Assembly (NCBI GenBank): GCA_052426225.1
Contig: JBNJNM010000008.1
Coordinates: forward strand, 186,001 to 250,000
Length of the DNA: 64,000 nucleotides
Source of the DNA: Zancudomyces culisetae HAW-14-8
Taxonomy: Eukaryota > Fungi > Kickxellomycota
Direction of reading: 5' to 3'
In this document: positions 36,560 to 49,329 of the stretch, piece after piece
How the letters are laid out: each line of letters begins with the position of its first letter
How positions within the stretch are numbered: position 1 is the stretch's first letter
Notes under the pieces: model-generated
Databases searched by the model: none
Told to the model about the DNA's origin: nothing
Seen by the model: the letters and a program-made list of their open reading frames with translations, nothing else
Translations under genes and position numbers: made by a program

Positions 36560-38767
36560 ATGTCTTGGAACAAGGGACTGCTGGGTGATATAACCCTTAG
36601 AGTTGATAAAGGAGGAGGAGTAGTTCAGAAATTCGGAGAAAATATATCTATTATACAGGAAGAGAATATCAAGGGCAACCATAACAGCAAGCATACAATA
36701 GCACCCACTGTATATTCAACATACTCGGATGAATCAGAAAAGAAGGAATCGGATGGATTGGAAAATTACTTGTTATCTATGCTAGAGAGCAACTTGAAAA
36801 AGTTGTATAGTATAGGGGGTATTACTTTTGAAAATTATGAGCTTATTCTCTCACTATTGCCCTCAGTTTCTGATAATGGTGGGAGACTTGATACATTAGC
36901 ACCAGTGTTTCCAAGTGCGACATTGACAGATAAAGACGAGCAAAATTTTGCAAAGAATTATAGCTACCCCAAACTTAAACCAAGTATAGTGGAAAAAAAC
37001 AAACCAATAACATATGAGAATATCTTTTTGAAGAAATCAGAAAGCGTTTCAACAAAATCCTCGGATTCGCTTGTCAACTCAACAAAAGATATGGAAACAC
37101 TTCACGATGCCAATTTCAAGCACTTTTCTGAGCTAGGTAGAGCCGGGCTCCCTAAGTATGATTCTATGTATACCGATAACAGGTGTGCAAGTGATAATCG
37201 AAACAAGAGTGACTTTAAACGCGATTCCATATCCAACGCAAATCGGTACCATATACAGCTTGAGAAAGTTGCGACCTCGACCCAAAATAAGGAAACGAAC
37301 ACCATAAGCAAGAAAAATGGTGTAAACGTTTTTATTAGCGATAATACAGAGAAGCTTATCCTAAATAAAATGAGTCTTCTAGGTAACGCTGAAATGGGCA
37401 CTATGATGAACGGTAGTAGAGCGAAAGAAATATCTTCTTCAAGTGTAGCACATACCTCAAAGAATCATACAACAAACAAGCAAATAGATAAAAATAAGCC
37501 CAAGGAAAATATCAGTGTGAGCACAAAGGTGGAACGAAGTGAAGACAGCTCTGCCAGAACCTCAGACATTTCCAATGCGAGTAGTTCTTCTAGAAAATTC
37601 TCGACAAATAGTACTGTTTTTGAAAAATGTATTAGCGGATATCATGAGAGTAGCAGCAATCACCACGCATTTAACAATCAGAACGATTCTACGGGACACG
37701 CTAGATACAGCAGGCTGCCAATCAACACAGCACGTCAACAGCTTGACAAATCCTTGCCAAATCTGCCGAGTAGCAATTTGGAGTCGCGTGAAACTGAGGT
37801 TGAGCTAGCTTCGCAACATCCTAATATGCAAAAGTTGGGATATTCGGCGTTTCCTCAACCACTAGAGTTTTCTGGGACGGGTTGGGGTCGTGTCAATGAG
37901 GTACCATTGGTAACTTCGCCCAACAAGGCAAGGTATTCATATACGTCAAAGAACATTACTGACCCTGCTGACGAAGATGCAGATAGCCTACCCAATATGC
38001 AAACACATGTTTCTCAGCCGATTTCAATTGAGAACTTTAAAGCAAGGTTTAAGAATGTCACCATTTTTGATAACGATGGGTTTGAGTTGGGAACATCTCC
38101 AATAAAGGCAGGTGAGGGTTTCCTGGCTAGTTCTCCAAGCCACAATCAAATAGCGGCCGCGAATGAAGGCTATAGTAGATATGGGAAGAATGGCGAATAT
38201 ATACGTGGTAAGCCTCTACCACAGCACCCCAGGATGAAAAAGGCGCTCGGTGCATCTCTCCCAGTTCTTAGAGATCCAATGGACTATGTAGATGGTAGCG
38301 GCAGTCTTCTAAACATCAATGAAACTTACGATCTTGACAGGCCTCAACAAGACAGAGCAGTTGAGCACGAATCTGCTTCAAATAACAACACTGGCTCAAA
38401 TCCTCAAGCGAGGGCCACAAAGTATATGCCAAGTCAAAACACCTCGCCTTCATTCTACAACTATCCATATGAATCGCAGTGCTCGTTTACTTCAAAGCAG
38501 TCCTGCGATGACGAAGTATGTAGCACAGATACAAATGCAGGCTGTGAGGAGATCGATTTCTTGGAACCACCGTTTCTAGTGAAAACTCTTTATGACTACC
38601 GGCCAGTAATTGACGGAGATATAAGCTTCGAAAAAGGAAGCGTGTTAGTAGTCCTCAAAAAGGTCAATTACGATTGGTGGTATGGTTCTGTAGTCGATCC
38701 AAAAAGCTACAAACCGCTTGAAAATTCGAGTGGTTTTTTCCCCAGGGTCTATGTAGAATCCATTTAG
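36560..38767 (+). CDS. Largely disordered protein with a C-terminal SH3 domain
   Basis: 735-aa ORF ending VKTLYDY...GDISFEKG...DWWYG...GFFPRVYV, the SH3 signature. Confidence 0.85.
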   Translation: MSWNKGLLGDITLRVDKGGGVVQKFGENISIIQEENIKGNHNSKHTIAPTVYSTYSDESEKKESDGLENYLLSMLESNLKKLYSIGGITFENYELILSLLPSVSDNGGRLDTLAPVFPSATLTDKDEQNFAKNYSYPKLKPSIVEKNKPITYENIFLKKSESVSTKSSDSLVNSTKDMETLHDANFKHFSELGRAGLPKYDSMYTDNRCASDNRNKSDFKRDSISNANRYHIQLEKVATSTQNKETNTISKKNGVNVFISDNTEKLILNKMSLLGNAEMGTMMNGSRAKEISSSSVAHTSKNHTTNKQIDKNKPKENISVSTKVERSEDSSARTSDISNASSSSRKFSTNSTVFEKCISGYHESSSNHHAFNNQNDSTGHARYSRLPINTARQQLDKSLPNLPSSNLESRETEVELASQHPNMQKLGYSAFPQPLEFSGTGWGRVNEVPLVTSPNKARYSYTSKNITDPADEDADSLPNMQTHVSQPISIENFKARFKNVTIFDNDGFELGTSPIKAGEGFLASSPSHNQIAAANEGYSRYGKNGEYIRGKPLPQHPRMKKALGASLPVLRDPMDYVDGSGSLLNINETYDLDRPQQDRAVEHESASNNNTGSNPQARATKYMPSQNTSPSFYNYPYESQCSFTSKQSCDDEVCSTDTNAGCEEIDFLEPPFLVKTLYDYRPVIDGDISFEKGSVLVVLKKVNYDWWYGSVVDPKSYKPLENSSGFFPRVYVESI

Positions 38768-39296
38768 AGGTATATGCATAATAATTTTTTTTTTCCTGAA
38801 GTTTTCTAAATTAGAGTATTTTAATAGTTGCTTTTCTTCTGGTGTCTGATTCAAAAAACCAGATTTTATTTATTTGCCTTTTGATTTGGTTGTGGTATGT
38901 GCGCCACAATAACTAATGGTTAGATGTGAGGTTGGTTTGGCTAGCCTGTTGGCGTAGCTCCACACTGTAAGAACGTATTCGGCTAACCTGGAAATTGTAT
39001 TTTGTGCGCTTACTTCAAAATTAACAACCGTTTGCATCCTTCCTGTTTTTTCTTTTAGGCAAGCCTGTTCTAAATTCATTATTTGTAGTAATTTTCAGAG
39101 TTAAATTAAAAATACACAAAATAAAGCCAAAATTAATGTTAAAAATGAAGTCAAAACCAAGGATAATTAAATAGATGATTGAATTGGTAATAATTGCCAG
39201 ACCAAAACACCAGAGTTTATAGTAGTAAATAAACCGCGCCGTACCAGGGAAGTATCAACAAAAATAAAAAAGCCATTTGCGTGTTAATAAAAAGCC

Positions 39297-40597
39297 ATGT
39301 ACAAAGAATCTGCAGCTTCTTGCTTTGAGGATTTGGCTGGCCTGCTCGAGACTGGTATTGTGTAAGCCAACTAACAAGTGCACATTCAAAATAATAGACA
39401 AATGGAAATATATACCCACCAAAGTCCCTTTTTGAGGACGGAGATTGTAGGTTAAATAGTTTCATAAACCAAAGATATTCTTTCTAATTTTAAGTTTTAG
39501 GAAAATTAGGTGTCTTTGCTTATATTAATACTTAATTGATAGGAAAGCGGTACAATTTACCCCGAATGGCATGGTGGTGTTGGATAAGCATGTCGTAAAC
39601 AGGGGTCCATTTATGGTTTTTAATGGTGAATTGGCGATTCCACAATATTGTATACCAATAGTGCTTAAACACTGTAGTGGATTGCTTACCGAGATGAGGG
39701 GAGAATTTCGAAAATTTATGGACAACTGCCAAAATCAGACAGATCCAACGTGCGAAGATTCAACATTCAATACACTAGAAAACCTGACAAAATGTATTTT
39801 GGTTCTAAATGGCGAACATAATACCGCTTGGGGAATAAGGTACGTAGCATTTTGACAGCTGCAAAAAATATTCATATTCGCTATCACGTGCTATATTCTA
39901 TTTTCGTACTATTTGTTGACAACTATCATAAAATTCAACACGCTTCGTTTCCGATCTTAATCAATGCTGGCTTAATATTCCTCATTATAGGAAGGAATTG
40001 TTGACAATCAGGGGGGGCTGGCAGAAAGAGTTGGATTTTATCAATATTTTGTGCTTAAGCAAAGCAACTTCAAAAAGATCTGGTGTTTGGTACCATAGGC
40101 AATGGTTGATAAACAACTTGTCAGACATAAAATCGCTACTATCGGACAATGATAAGACGCTAGCGCTACAGTTTTACAAGCAGGAGCAAGAGATAATAGC
40201 AAAAAGCGTACTGCGTATTTATCCCAGGAATTACTATGCCCAAGTGTATAGATACTATCTATTTGATTTATACCACAAGCATTTTCCGGACTTTTGTACA
40301 AAAACGAATTCTGATATCCAGTTGAATTTTTGGTCAATTGAACTCGCGGCAATTGGGTATATAACCAGTTCAAACTGCCTTGAGTACGGAAACTACAATT
40401 ATGCCCAGAGAGTTTTTCAAGTTATATTTCAACTATTCGGGACAAAGCATGCCAAAGAGGTCGCTGTAAGAGAGTTGAGACAAAGTCAAGATCTAATGGA
40501 TACTGTTGGCACTGATAATCTGGTAATACGATATTACTATGAATGGTGTAAATACTTTTACAATAGCTGTATTACAGATGATAGCCATCCACAGTAA
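39297..40597 (+). CDS. Protein prenyltransferase alpha-subunit repeat protein (PTAR1/Ecm9-like); exons 39297-39361, 39543-39839, 39991-40597
   Basis: Motifs LVLNGEHNTAWGIRK, ELDF...SKRSGVWYHRQW and YPRNYYA. Introns are in phase. Confidence 0.8.
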
Positions 40598-41065
40598 GGC
40601 GAGGGTCATTTTCAATTTTTTCCGTTTTTTATCTATTTAATTTTTATTATTAATTTTTCTTAATGAAAGATATTTTCTAAAGTACGAGAACAGCACTCAT
40701 AGTTAGATCAAGAAGCACATACTCATATTTTACCAAATAACCTTGGAAGGGAAGGGAGAGAGAGTTGAGTATATTAAACTTTTGCATGGAGCTTGACATG
40801 CTTGGATCAACGTTCTATATTGTATGCTATGGATCGGGGTCTGCCAAAACTAAAGAAAAGCAAGTTTAGAGAAAGTTTTTTTTCAAGTGAATACAAACAT
40901 CCCTGTTTTCGTGTATCTATCAAAACAAGTAACAAAAAAAAGTGTTTGGAGTGTTTTAATAGCTCTATTTCTTTTTACATATTAAGACTTTGATTCTAAG
41001 AAAGATGTAGAAATGAGAAGAAAGGTAGAGGAGGTTCAATACACCAATAAGGGTATAATATGAGT

Positions 41066-41521
41066 TTATTTAATCATGTAGTCAGCTACATGTCTAATCA
41101 TATCGTTCCATCTTGATGATAGATAGTAACCAAAGCAGTTGGGATCTTTTCTGTGTTTTGGAACCCAGCTTCTAAGCATCACAGTGTCGTACGTCAGTCC
41201 AAACCAGTAAATATTGGAAGGCCAGGGATTTAGGGCTGCACTTTTTTTATATTCAGATTGAGGTAGGCTTTGAAAAAGTACATTATTAGAAATATATTCG
41301 AGTTTTTTATGTACGAGACTGAAGTTTGCCTTACTGTACTGGTTGGTGATTTCAGTCAAAATACCAACACCCAAAGTAGTTAATAAAAAGGCCCGAAGTG
41401 TGTAAGGGCTAGTTAGTGAAGAGGATCGATAGAATTGTGACGAGGGCGCGAGTTGTGTGATTTGTCTCTGCGGAATTTGTGCAGATCGATTTTCGACATT
41501 TGTTGAAGTATTATATGACAT
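41066..41521 (-). CDS. Small single-TM protein, possibly MICOS Mic12-like
   Basis: ATG-initiated 151-aa ORF with one hydrophobic segment (AFLLTTLGVGIL) and C-terminal SSRWNDMIRHVADY, reminiscent of the Mic12 RWN motif. The family call is tentative. Confidence 0.5.
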   Translation of the reverse strand: MSYNTSTNVENRSAQIPQRQITQLAPSSQFYRSSSLTSPYTLRAFLLTTLGVGILTEITNQYSKANFSLVHKKLEYISNNVLFQSLPQSEYKKSAALNPWPSNIYWFGLTYDTVMLRSWVPKHRKDPNCFGYYLSSRWNDMIRHVADYMIK

Positions 41522-43472
41522 TTCCTTTGCGTCTGTCTTGTATTGTGAAAATTATGACAGCTGAGTATCGCTCCTTTCTTTCCAATATACAACAAAGTGA
41601 TAATTACAACAATATTAATCAGCCCTAGATATTTGATTCTCGTCTTCTTTGTTGATTGTCAAGTGTTTAGTCGATGGTAAATTTTTTTTTATCTTGTTGA
41701 TATTATTGCTGGAATGCACAAACTTGAAGTACCAGGTTGTAGAAAAGCACAAGGAGAATATAAAATTATGGTATTTTCAATATTTCATAATTAGCCGCCA
41801 CCAATTATACTGTTGTCCTGCTCGAATGTACCTCGATCCTATCAGTTATTATGACCCTTCAGTACACACTTGTACTTGATTGTTGTTTTATTGCAAACAG
41901 GGCAGTATTAAGCAAAAAAGTGCCTATAAAACCCAGGTGTTAATTAGTTTTCTGATAAAATTTGCACAGCCTATTGGACTAATAAAAGCAGATGATTTGA
42001 TATTTTTCATTAGATCTTATTACAGTAGGAAAAAGGATTTCAAATACATTTTTGCGCAATTTACAACCGAAAAAAGAAGAAAAGGAATAAAAGGAATAAA
42101 AGGAAGAAAATGAGGGATTGAGAATGGTGGAGTATGTACTCGGATTATAATTTTATTAAAAAAGGTATGTTGAATGAATACTCGTAATCTTTATATATTT
42201 TTTTCTCACCTAACCTTAGAAAGAATGGCTTACAGCCGAGACTCAGTAGTTGAGGATTTTAAATATAATGTTGGATATGGGCGCCAATTGATAAGGAAAT
42301 CAAGAGTGATGTTTTAATAAAAATACTGATCATAGATTACAAGAGATTAAGTGTTTCTCCTTGTCCAGAAACCCCGTCGTTTCTAAAGCCATGTGATTTC
42401 TTTGTTCTCCCCAACCATTGTGATATTCAGATGCATCCCCCTTTAATATATGTTTTACGAAACTAAGACCAGCCTAGGTTGTGCCACTGTTTGGAAACAG
42501 ATCACATATCATATCTAATTTTCTAATAATCCTGTCAGTAGCCAGAACTTTACAGACGCTAATCATGCTTTACAGCCTCTATGGTGGTGTGAGGGAGGGG
42601 GGAGGCGAGTAGTATATCGTTTTTTATTTGCGAGCAGTGTTGATAGTGCACCTATTATTTTTAGCAGTGCTATTGGACAGCTTGGGACCATTTTTTGAAA
42701 TTGCGCTAATTTTCCTATTATTATTATTATTTTTATTGTTGATTTTTTTTATTGTGAAAATATTTAGGCAATATTTATAGGGAAATATTTCATTAGCTCG
42801 GGTGAGCAAACAGACAAATAATTTTGCCAAATCACGTTTTGTTTATGTAACAATAGACAAATACCAAAGAAATGCTTGCGTTTGTTGCGCATTATTTTAG
42901 CTCTGGTATTTTATTTTTTTTCAATGTAAAGTTTATGCCATGAATAGGTGAGGAACATTTTAGTAGGTGGTTTTTTTATTTTCTTGTTTTTTTTTTTTGA
43001 TTTTTATGAAAATGTTAGCAAGAATCCAAAGATTACAATACAATCGGGGCTTGCAAAATTGTGTTTTTTGCCTTGTCTGTGATTGAATTTGCAATTTATT
43101 TGCATTTGGCAGCCAAATGAACCAAAATACGAAAAATAACCAGTTCCCGCAAAATCCTAAACCAAAAATGGGGGGTGGGGATGGATATATTCTAAATGTA
43201 AATATAAATGAAAAAAATGACAACAGATTAAATATGAATTTTTTATTCTTAATTTTTTTTATTTTACAAGTGTAATAAACAAAAAGGAATTTAGATTAAT
43301 CAGAAGTTGTATAATTGACCAAAGAGCGAACTAAGTCCATACTTATCATATTCATAACCTTTATTTTGATTGTGCTTTTTAGGAAATAATACAATTAAAA
43401 TCCCCATAATCGAGCAAAAAAAGAAACAAATTACCATAAAGAGAAAGCTAAAATAGTAAACAAGTAGTGACG

Positions 43473-45638
43473 ATGGAGTTAGAGCAAATGGAAACCGACA
43501 ATGAACACACAGCAGCTGTAGAAGTAGGAAACTCAGAAATGGAGGGAATAATAGAGAACGGAATGGCGGTGGATGGGGCAGGAACAGATAGCATCCAGGG
43601 TGGCGACACGGCCGATTCAAAGTCAAGTGGCGCGGGAGATACAGTATATCCTATAGCGGTTTTGATGGATGAACTGAAGCATGAAGATATGACGCTTAGG
43701 CTACACGCAATCCAAGGTTTAAAAACAATAGCTACAGCACTCGGGGAAACAAGGACACGGGATGAATTGATTCCCTTTTTGGATGGTAAAAAGCCAATAC
43801 CAATTAATGCGCATTTTAAAATTTATAGAAGCTAAAACATGAAGTTTTGATTAAAATAGAGTCAATAGATGACGAGGATGAGATATTGTTAGCTTTGGCA
43901 AGGGAGCTGGGTGAGTTTTTACCGTATGTAGGAGGTCCAAGTTATGGATTCGTGCTTCTAAGACCACTAGAGAATCTGGCTGGGACTGAGGAAACAGTAG
44001 TGCGAGAAGAGGTAAGATGTTCAAAAGGATGATTGTATTTGTACTGAGGGATCTTATTTCAGTAAATCAAGGGGAAAATAACAATTCAACAAAATAAATA
44101 AAACGGTTTTCTTTAGGCGGTCAAATCCATAAATGCAATAGCAGATGTCATGGATTCAGAGCAAATAGAAAAGTATTTGGTACCATGTATAGCAAGATTA
44201 TCCGAAGGGGACTGGTTCACATGTCGTTCCAGTGCCACAGGTCTTTATGCGGCAGCATACGCAAAGGCGAAAGAGCAGACAAGAAGTGAGCTATTAGTGT
44301 AAGTAACTAGACTAACTACAGTAAGTAAAGATAGTATTATTAGAGAAGGTAAGCTAAAAAAATGAATGAAATTATAGGGGGTTTGAATCACTATGTAAAG
44401 ATGAAACGCCAATGACACGAAGATCAGCAGCGTCAGCACTAAAAGGACTTGTCAAAGTGATGGAGGCGGATGACATTATTAATCATCAGATCAAGAACTT
44501 AATATTTTTAGTAAACGATGGTCAGGACTCGGTTAGGCTGTTGACAGTTGAACCGCTTATAGCGATAGCAGAAAAACTTTCAGCAAGCCAAAACATGGAG
44601 CACTTGGCAGAAATATTAGATGATTTATGTTCAGATAAGTCATGGAGAGTCCGGTACATGCTTGGAGAGAAGGTAGTAAGTCTTTCGATGGCACTTAAAA
44701 ACGATGAGCTGCGGGAGGCACTTAGCGAAGCAGCGTTGCAGCTGATGCAAGACCAGGAGGCAGAGGTTCGCGGTGCTATTTGCACGCAGCTCGAGGGTAT
44801 TTCCGAGGCTATGCCGCGCGAAAAGATGGTGGAGAAGGTATTGCCATTGTTGAGGATTTTGCTCAATGATCCCTCACAACACGTTCGCGCAAACCTGGCC
44901 AAAAGTATCACTGGGTTGTGTGACAAGTTTGGCAAAGACGGCACTATTGAGCATCTGTTACCTTTATTCTTGATGATTTTGAAGGATACGTTCCCCGAAG
45001 TGCGCCTTAACATTATCTCGCAACTTGATCGTATTAACAAAGTCGTAGGCGTCGACTATCTTTCTCAATCACTTTTGCCGGCTATTGTCGAACTGGCCGA
45101 AGATAAGCAATGGCGCGTGCGACTTGCTATCATTGAATACGTTCCGCTCTTGGCTTCACAGCTGGGTATGCAGTTTTTTGACGAGCAGCTCAGTAATTTA
45201 ACCATGTCGTGGCTAGGTGATCCTGTCTATTCGGTTCGCGATGCTGCCACTATCAACCTCAAGAAACTGACTCTTGTCTTTGGCGTTGACTGGGCAAGAA
45301 AATCAATCATCCCCAAAATCCTAGCCATGGCCAACCACCCAAACTACCTATACCGCATGACCACAATTTTTGCTATCACCACTCTGGCCCCCACCATCAC
45401 TCCTGCTATAGTCAAAGATCTGATTCTTCCCGCAGTCGAGACTTTGGCCTCCGACCCTATCCCAAACATTCGTTTTAACGTCGCCAAGTCTATTGAAGCA
45501 CTTGCTCCTGTTTTGTCTTCTGATCCTCAAACAAAAACCCTTGTCTCTGAACGGATTCTTCCATTGTTAAATAAGCTAACCACGGACTCTGATCAGGATG
45601 TCCGATACTTTGCTGTAAAGGCTGCCAAGGCCGTTTAA
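43473..45638 (+). CDS. TPD3: Protein phosphatase 2A scaffold A subunit (HEAT repeats); exons 43473-43785, 43860-44011, 44117-44298, 44378-45638
   Basis: [66 protein letters not shown] and [13 protein letters not shown]. Three in-phase introns. Confidence 0.97.
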
Positions 45639-45849
45639 CGTTTTTTCTTCTTTTTCTCTGTTTTTCTTTCTTGTTTTTATTAAATATTCACTTCACTTAT
45701 TTTGATCGGGTTTTCACAAATTTTATTGCTTATTATTGTCTTGTTTTATCTACTTGCTCTCAATATCAGTTCTTGCCTGTCCTCGGCTCGGATTTATTTG
45801 ATTTTCTCATTCACTTTATTTGGTGTTATTGTGCCTTTGCCTCCTTATT

Positions 45850-45928
45850 CCCTTCCCTTCCCTCCCTTCCCTTCCCTCCCTTCCCTTCCCTCCCTTCCCT
45901 TCCCTCCCTTCCCTTCCCTCCCTTCCCC
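45850..45928. repeat. Homopyrimidine minisatellite (CCCTTCCCTTCCCT)x5 plus a partial unit
   Basis: Five perfect 14-bp units at 45850-45919, read directly from the sequence. Confidence 0.95.
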
Positions 45929-46475
45929 TTTCCTTTTCTTCTTATCCTTTTTTCGATCCACTGCAAGTACCAAGACGAAATGGCCAGTTCTGGTTTTTTC
46001 ATTATGTCATAAATTTGTATATTTGTACCAGTACCAGTACTAGTGCTAGTGCTACAAACATAACCGCAAACACAACCCACAACTCTGCTTTTTTTATTTT
46101 ATTTATTTATTTTCTATTACAAATTAAAAATTCCATAGCTACTCAATTAGTGTCAAATAAGCGGTTCTACAACCAAAATTCGTAATTCAAAAATGTAATA
46201 AATATTAGAAATCGAAAATAACCAGTTTTTTCTTGCTTTATCTACATCCAAGAGCGAAAATTTACTCTGTCTCAATCAATTATTTATAACACTAATACTA
46301 TTTCTCCTATTTAAAGAGCTTGCTTTAAATAAACTCGAGGCTAAAACCTTTGATAGAAACACGGGGCATACTTTATTTAGACAACGGGTCTAAAGGTTAC
46401 TAGTAAAATCGAAATAAAAAGGCAACGATACTAAGCTACAACACAGTGATTTGAATCGTAAATATCCAAGCACAA

Positions 46476-46955
46476 ATGGCGACCGATCAAAACTCCGAAT
46501 TTCCAAACCCACAAAATACCCACGATGGTTCAAATCTCTCTACACAACAGCTACAAGAAAAACAACAAAAAAACCCAACAAACTATGTAGAAGCATTCAA
46601 ATCTCAGACTCTTGACGAGTATAAACAATCCTTTTTTGTGCCCTGTTCCAGGATCGGATACATGTACGGGATTGGACTGGGTCTAAGCACCGGACTTCTG
46701 CGGTTCATCAAGGTTGGGAATTCTTTGAGCGCAGGAAATTACGCTGTAGGTGGATTTGTGCTTTTTAGCTTTGTTGCTCGAAAGGCTTGTATTTTCCAAA
46801 AGCAGCACTATCATGAAAAAGTCAAAAAATTCATTGAAACAGAGAATAAAAGGGGAAATCCTAACGCAATTTCTAAAAATAGTACTCAAAAACCCACCGA
46901 AGATACTCCTACCACTCCCACCACTGCTACCACTACCACAAATGATAAATCATAA
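46476..46955 (+). CDS. COX20: Cytochrome c oxidase assembly factor COX20
   Basis: VPCSRIGYMYGIGLG...RF...SAGNYAVGGF...C pattern: two TM segments with flanking conserved cysteines. Confidence 0.8.
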   Translation: MATDQNSEFPNPQNTHDGSNLSTQQLQEKQQKNPTNYVEAFKSQTLDEYKQSFFVPCSRIGYMYGIGLGLSTGLLRFIKVGNSLSAGNYAVGGFVLFSFVARKACIFQKQHYHEKVKKFIETENKRGNPNAISKNSTQKPTEDTPTTPTTATTTTNDKS

Positions 46956-47084
46956 TACCAGCAGATGCTGCCGGTGTTAATACAAATGTTGAATGGCAAC
47001 TCGATAATATATGTTTGTGGTATTTAACAGTATATTGAATTATATCACATTAAAATACGCTGCGCTGTGCTGTACTACGTTATG

Positions 47085-48996
47085 CTATATTATATCCCAG
47101 CCCTCCTCCTCATCATCATCCTCATCATCATAATCCTCCTCCTCCTCCTCCTCCTCCTCCTCCTCCTCATCGTCATAATCACCATACTTGTCATACTTTT
47201 TGTTGTCTTCACCCCTCTCTTTTTCTTCGTTCCCTTTGGTATTATTACGATCGCCATTCACCCTCGATTTAGATATATTTTTTAGACTTTTATATTTAGT
47301 ATTATTTGCATTCTTTACTGTGTCATCAACTCTCTTGTTAATGTTAGTATCTATGCCATTACCACTACCAGTATTGTGACTTCTGTGACTATGTCCGTAT
47401 ACATCCCTCGTTTTTCTAAAGCATTCAGCGGCATGTATACCTCTGTTAAGTTTGGGTTTAGTTGTACTCTTGGTGTTGGATTTTGGTCCCTCACACTGAT
47501 TATAGTATTTTCTAGAAGCATACAACCCGTTTATGCCCATTATTTTCTTGATTATGCTTTTGTTACCTCCCTTCAAATTATGTATTTTGCAAAGCTCGTT
47601 TACTTTGTATATTGTTTGTTCCACGACACCATAGAAGTCTGGGTATAGTATGTATTTGGGAATAATTTCTTCTCTGCTGATAAAGTATTCTATTATTTCG
47701 CGCAGACTCCTCACCACATCCCAATACACGCCATGTTCCCCAGTGCTTTTACTAGCGATTCCACGCTCAAACTCATCAGAGCTATCAGTAACCTGGCTTG
47801 CTTCAATTTTTTGGTCAGTATTTCCTGAAACCGGAATTCTTTTCCCTACTCGATTTCCTATATATATCATATTCGATATCAGCATGGAATATCCTAAAAT
47901 GAACCTCGCCAAGTTTCCATGCATCTTTTTTTCGTCTAGCCGGTTTTCTAAATACAAATCACCAAATGAGCCTAGGTATTTATCGGTATCTTCTTTTTGT
48001 CGCATACTTAGCATAGACATAGACTTAACCGTTTTGGTCTCTGCTCCGCTTTTTACATCGCAGTTCACCCTGTATATCGAGTTAATTTTGCTGTTTCCGT
48101 GTCCATCCAAATATAATATAAACGGAACTTCATCGGTCAGGTTCATATATTTTAATACCACTCTATAAACAACTACAAAATAGGACAGCACTGAATTAAA
48201 TTCTTCACTCCCGCCACCACCTTCTATCACCCCTGTCTTGCTTTCGAAGCTGCTGCTACCACGGGAAAGTAAGCCGTGTTTGTTTTTGTTTTTTCTGAAG
48301 AGAGACTCAAGCTTTGGCTGTTTGATTCCAAATATCTCGTTTCGATTATCTATTCCAACAACATTACATGTTTCGATTAGTAGCATATCCTGTGCTTCTT
48401 TCAGCTCACTGCAAATATGGTCCAAGTCTGTGCGCTTTTCCTGGAGCCTTGCTCCAAGCACTTTGATTTCTTGTACGTCTTGATCAATTACGCTACTTAT
48501 GTAGCTGTTTTGTTTTGCCTCCCTGTTCTCTTTTGTCATTTCCCCCAAGACCCTTCTGTAATCATGAATCTTTGACTTTTTGCTTATAATGTTATTTTCT
48601 AAGGGTTGAATTTTAGATTTGAGAATAGCAATTTTAGTTTCTAATATCTTTTTTTTATGGCTATAGCCAAACCGATTTCTGAGCCTTTCAGTTCTTTCTT
48701 GAATCGCTTTAATCATCCATTGCTGTAATTCGAGTCTATATTATTCGTATCGACAGTTTTATTTGCATTTTACTGTTGGATAAATTATTTTCCATACTCT
48801 TGAAAACTTCACGGCTATCATTTTTTTTGCACTTTCCCATCCACTATTTTATCCTCATTAAAAACTACGCAAATTGGATATAGTGAAAATATTGTTATCC
48901 TTACCTACCACCAAGGCATACCGCACAGTATCCTGCCTTTGAGCATTCCGCACAGGCCAAGCAATTAAATCCGTCGTTTTCGGTGGTGCTGGCCAT
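47085..48996 (-). CDS. ATG14/Vps38-like PI3K complex subunit; exons 48996-48905, 48735-47085
   Basis: The 5' exon encodes CLAC...YCAVCL (paired CxxC typical of the Atg14 N-terminus). It is followed by a long coiled coil, an F.LG..ML..N..Y segment and an acidic tail ending EGWDII. Intron 48904-48736 is in phase. Confidence 0.7.
47134..47166. repeat. (TCC)n microsatellite encoding poly-Glu in the ATG14-like tail
   Basis: About 11 tandem TCC units on the + strand. Confidence 0.9.
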
Positions 48997-49329
48997 TTCT
49001 ATTACTTTTTGGCATAGAATTTAAAATGTTTTTATAAGGAAAATATTTATACACTTGTGAGCTTTTGTATATTGTTTATTCTCTCTAAATGTAATTAAGA
49101 ACGAGCTGTTTCCCAAAAGCGCTAATATCAAATAGAAAAAGGAATGCAAAGATGAATTTATCCAAATTTCTTGGAGCAAATAGCCACCTGCGGTCACATG
49201 ATGCAGGAAATGTGTTTGGTTTCCAAATTTACTTTACCCAAGCGTTGCAGGTTAACAAGTGATTAAATAACCAATAAACATTCAGTTTGCTAGTGTGGAA
49301 TTCCTAGAGAAAACCTTTTACTTTTAATG

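Noticed and set aside
45671-46185. Several overlapping ORFs with PSLPF or GREGK repeats
   Set aside because: Artefacts of the stop-free CCCTT minisatellite.
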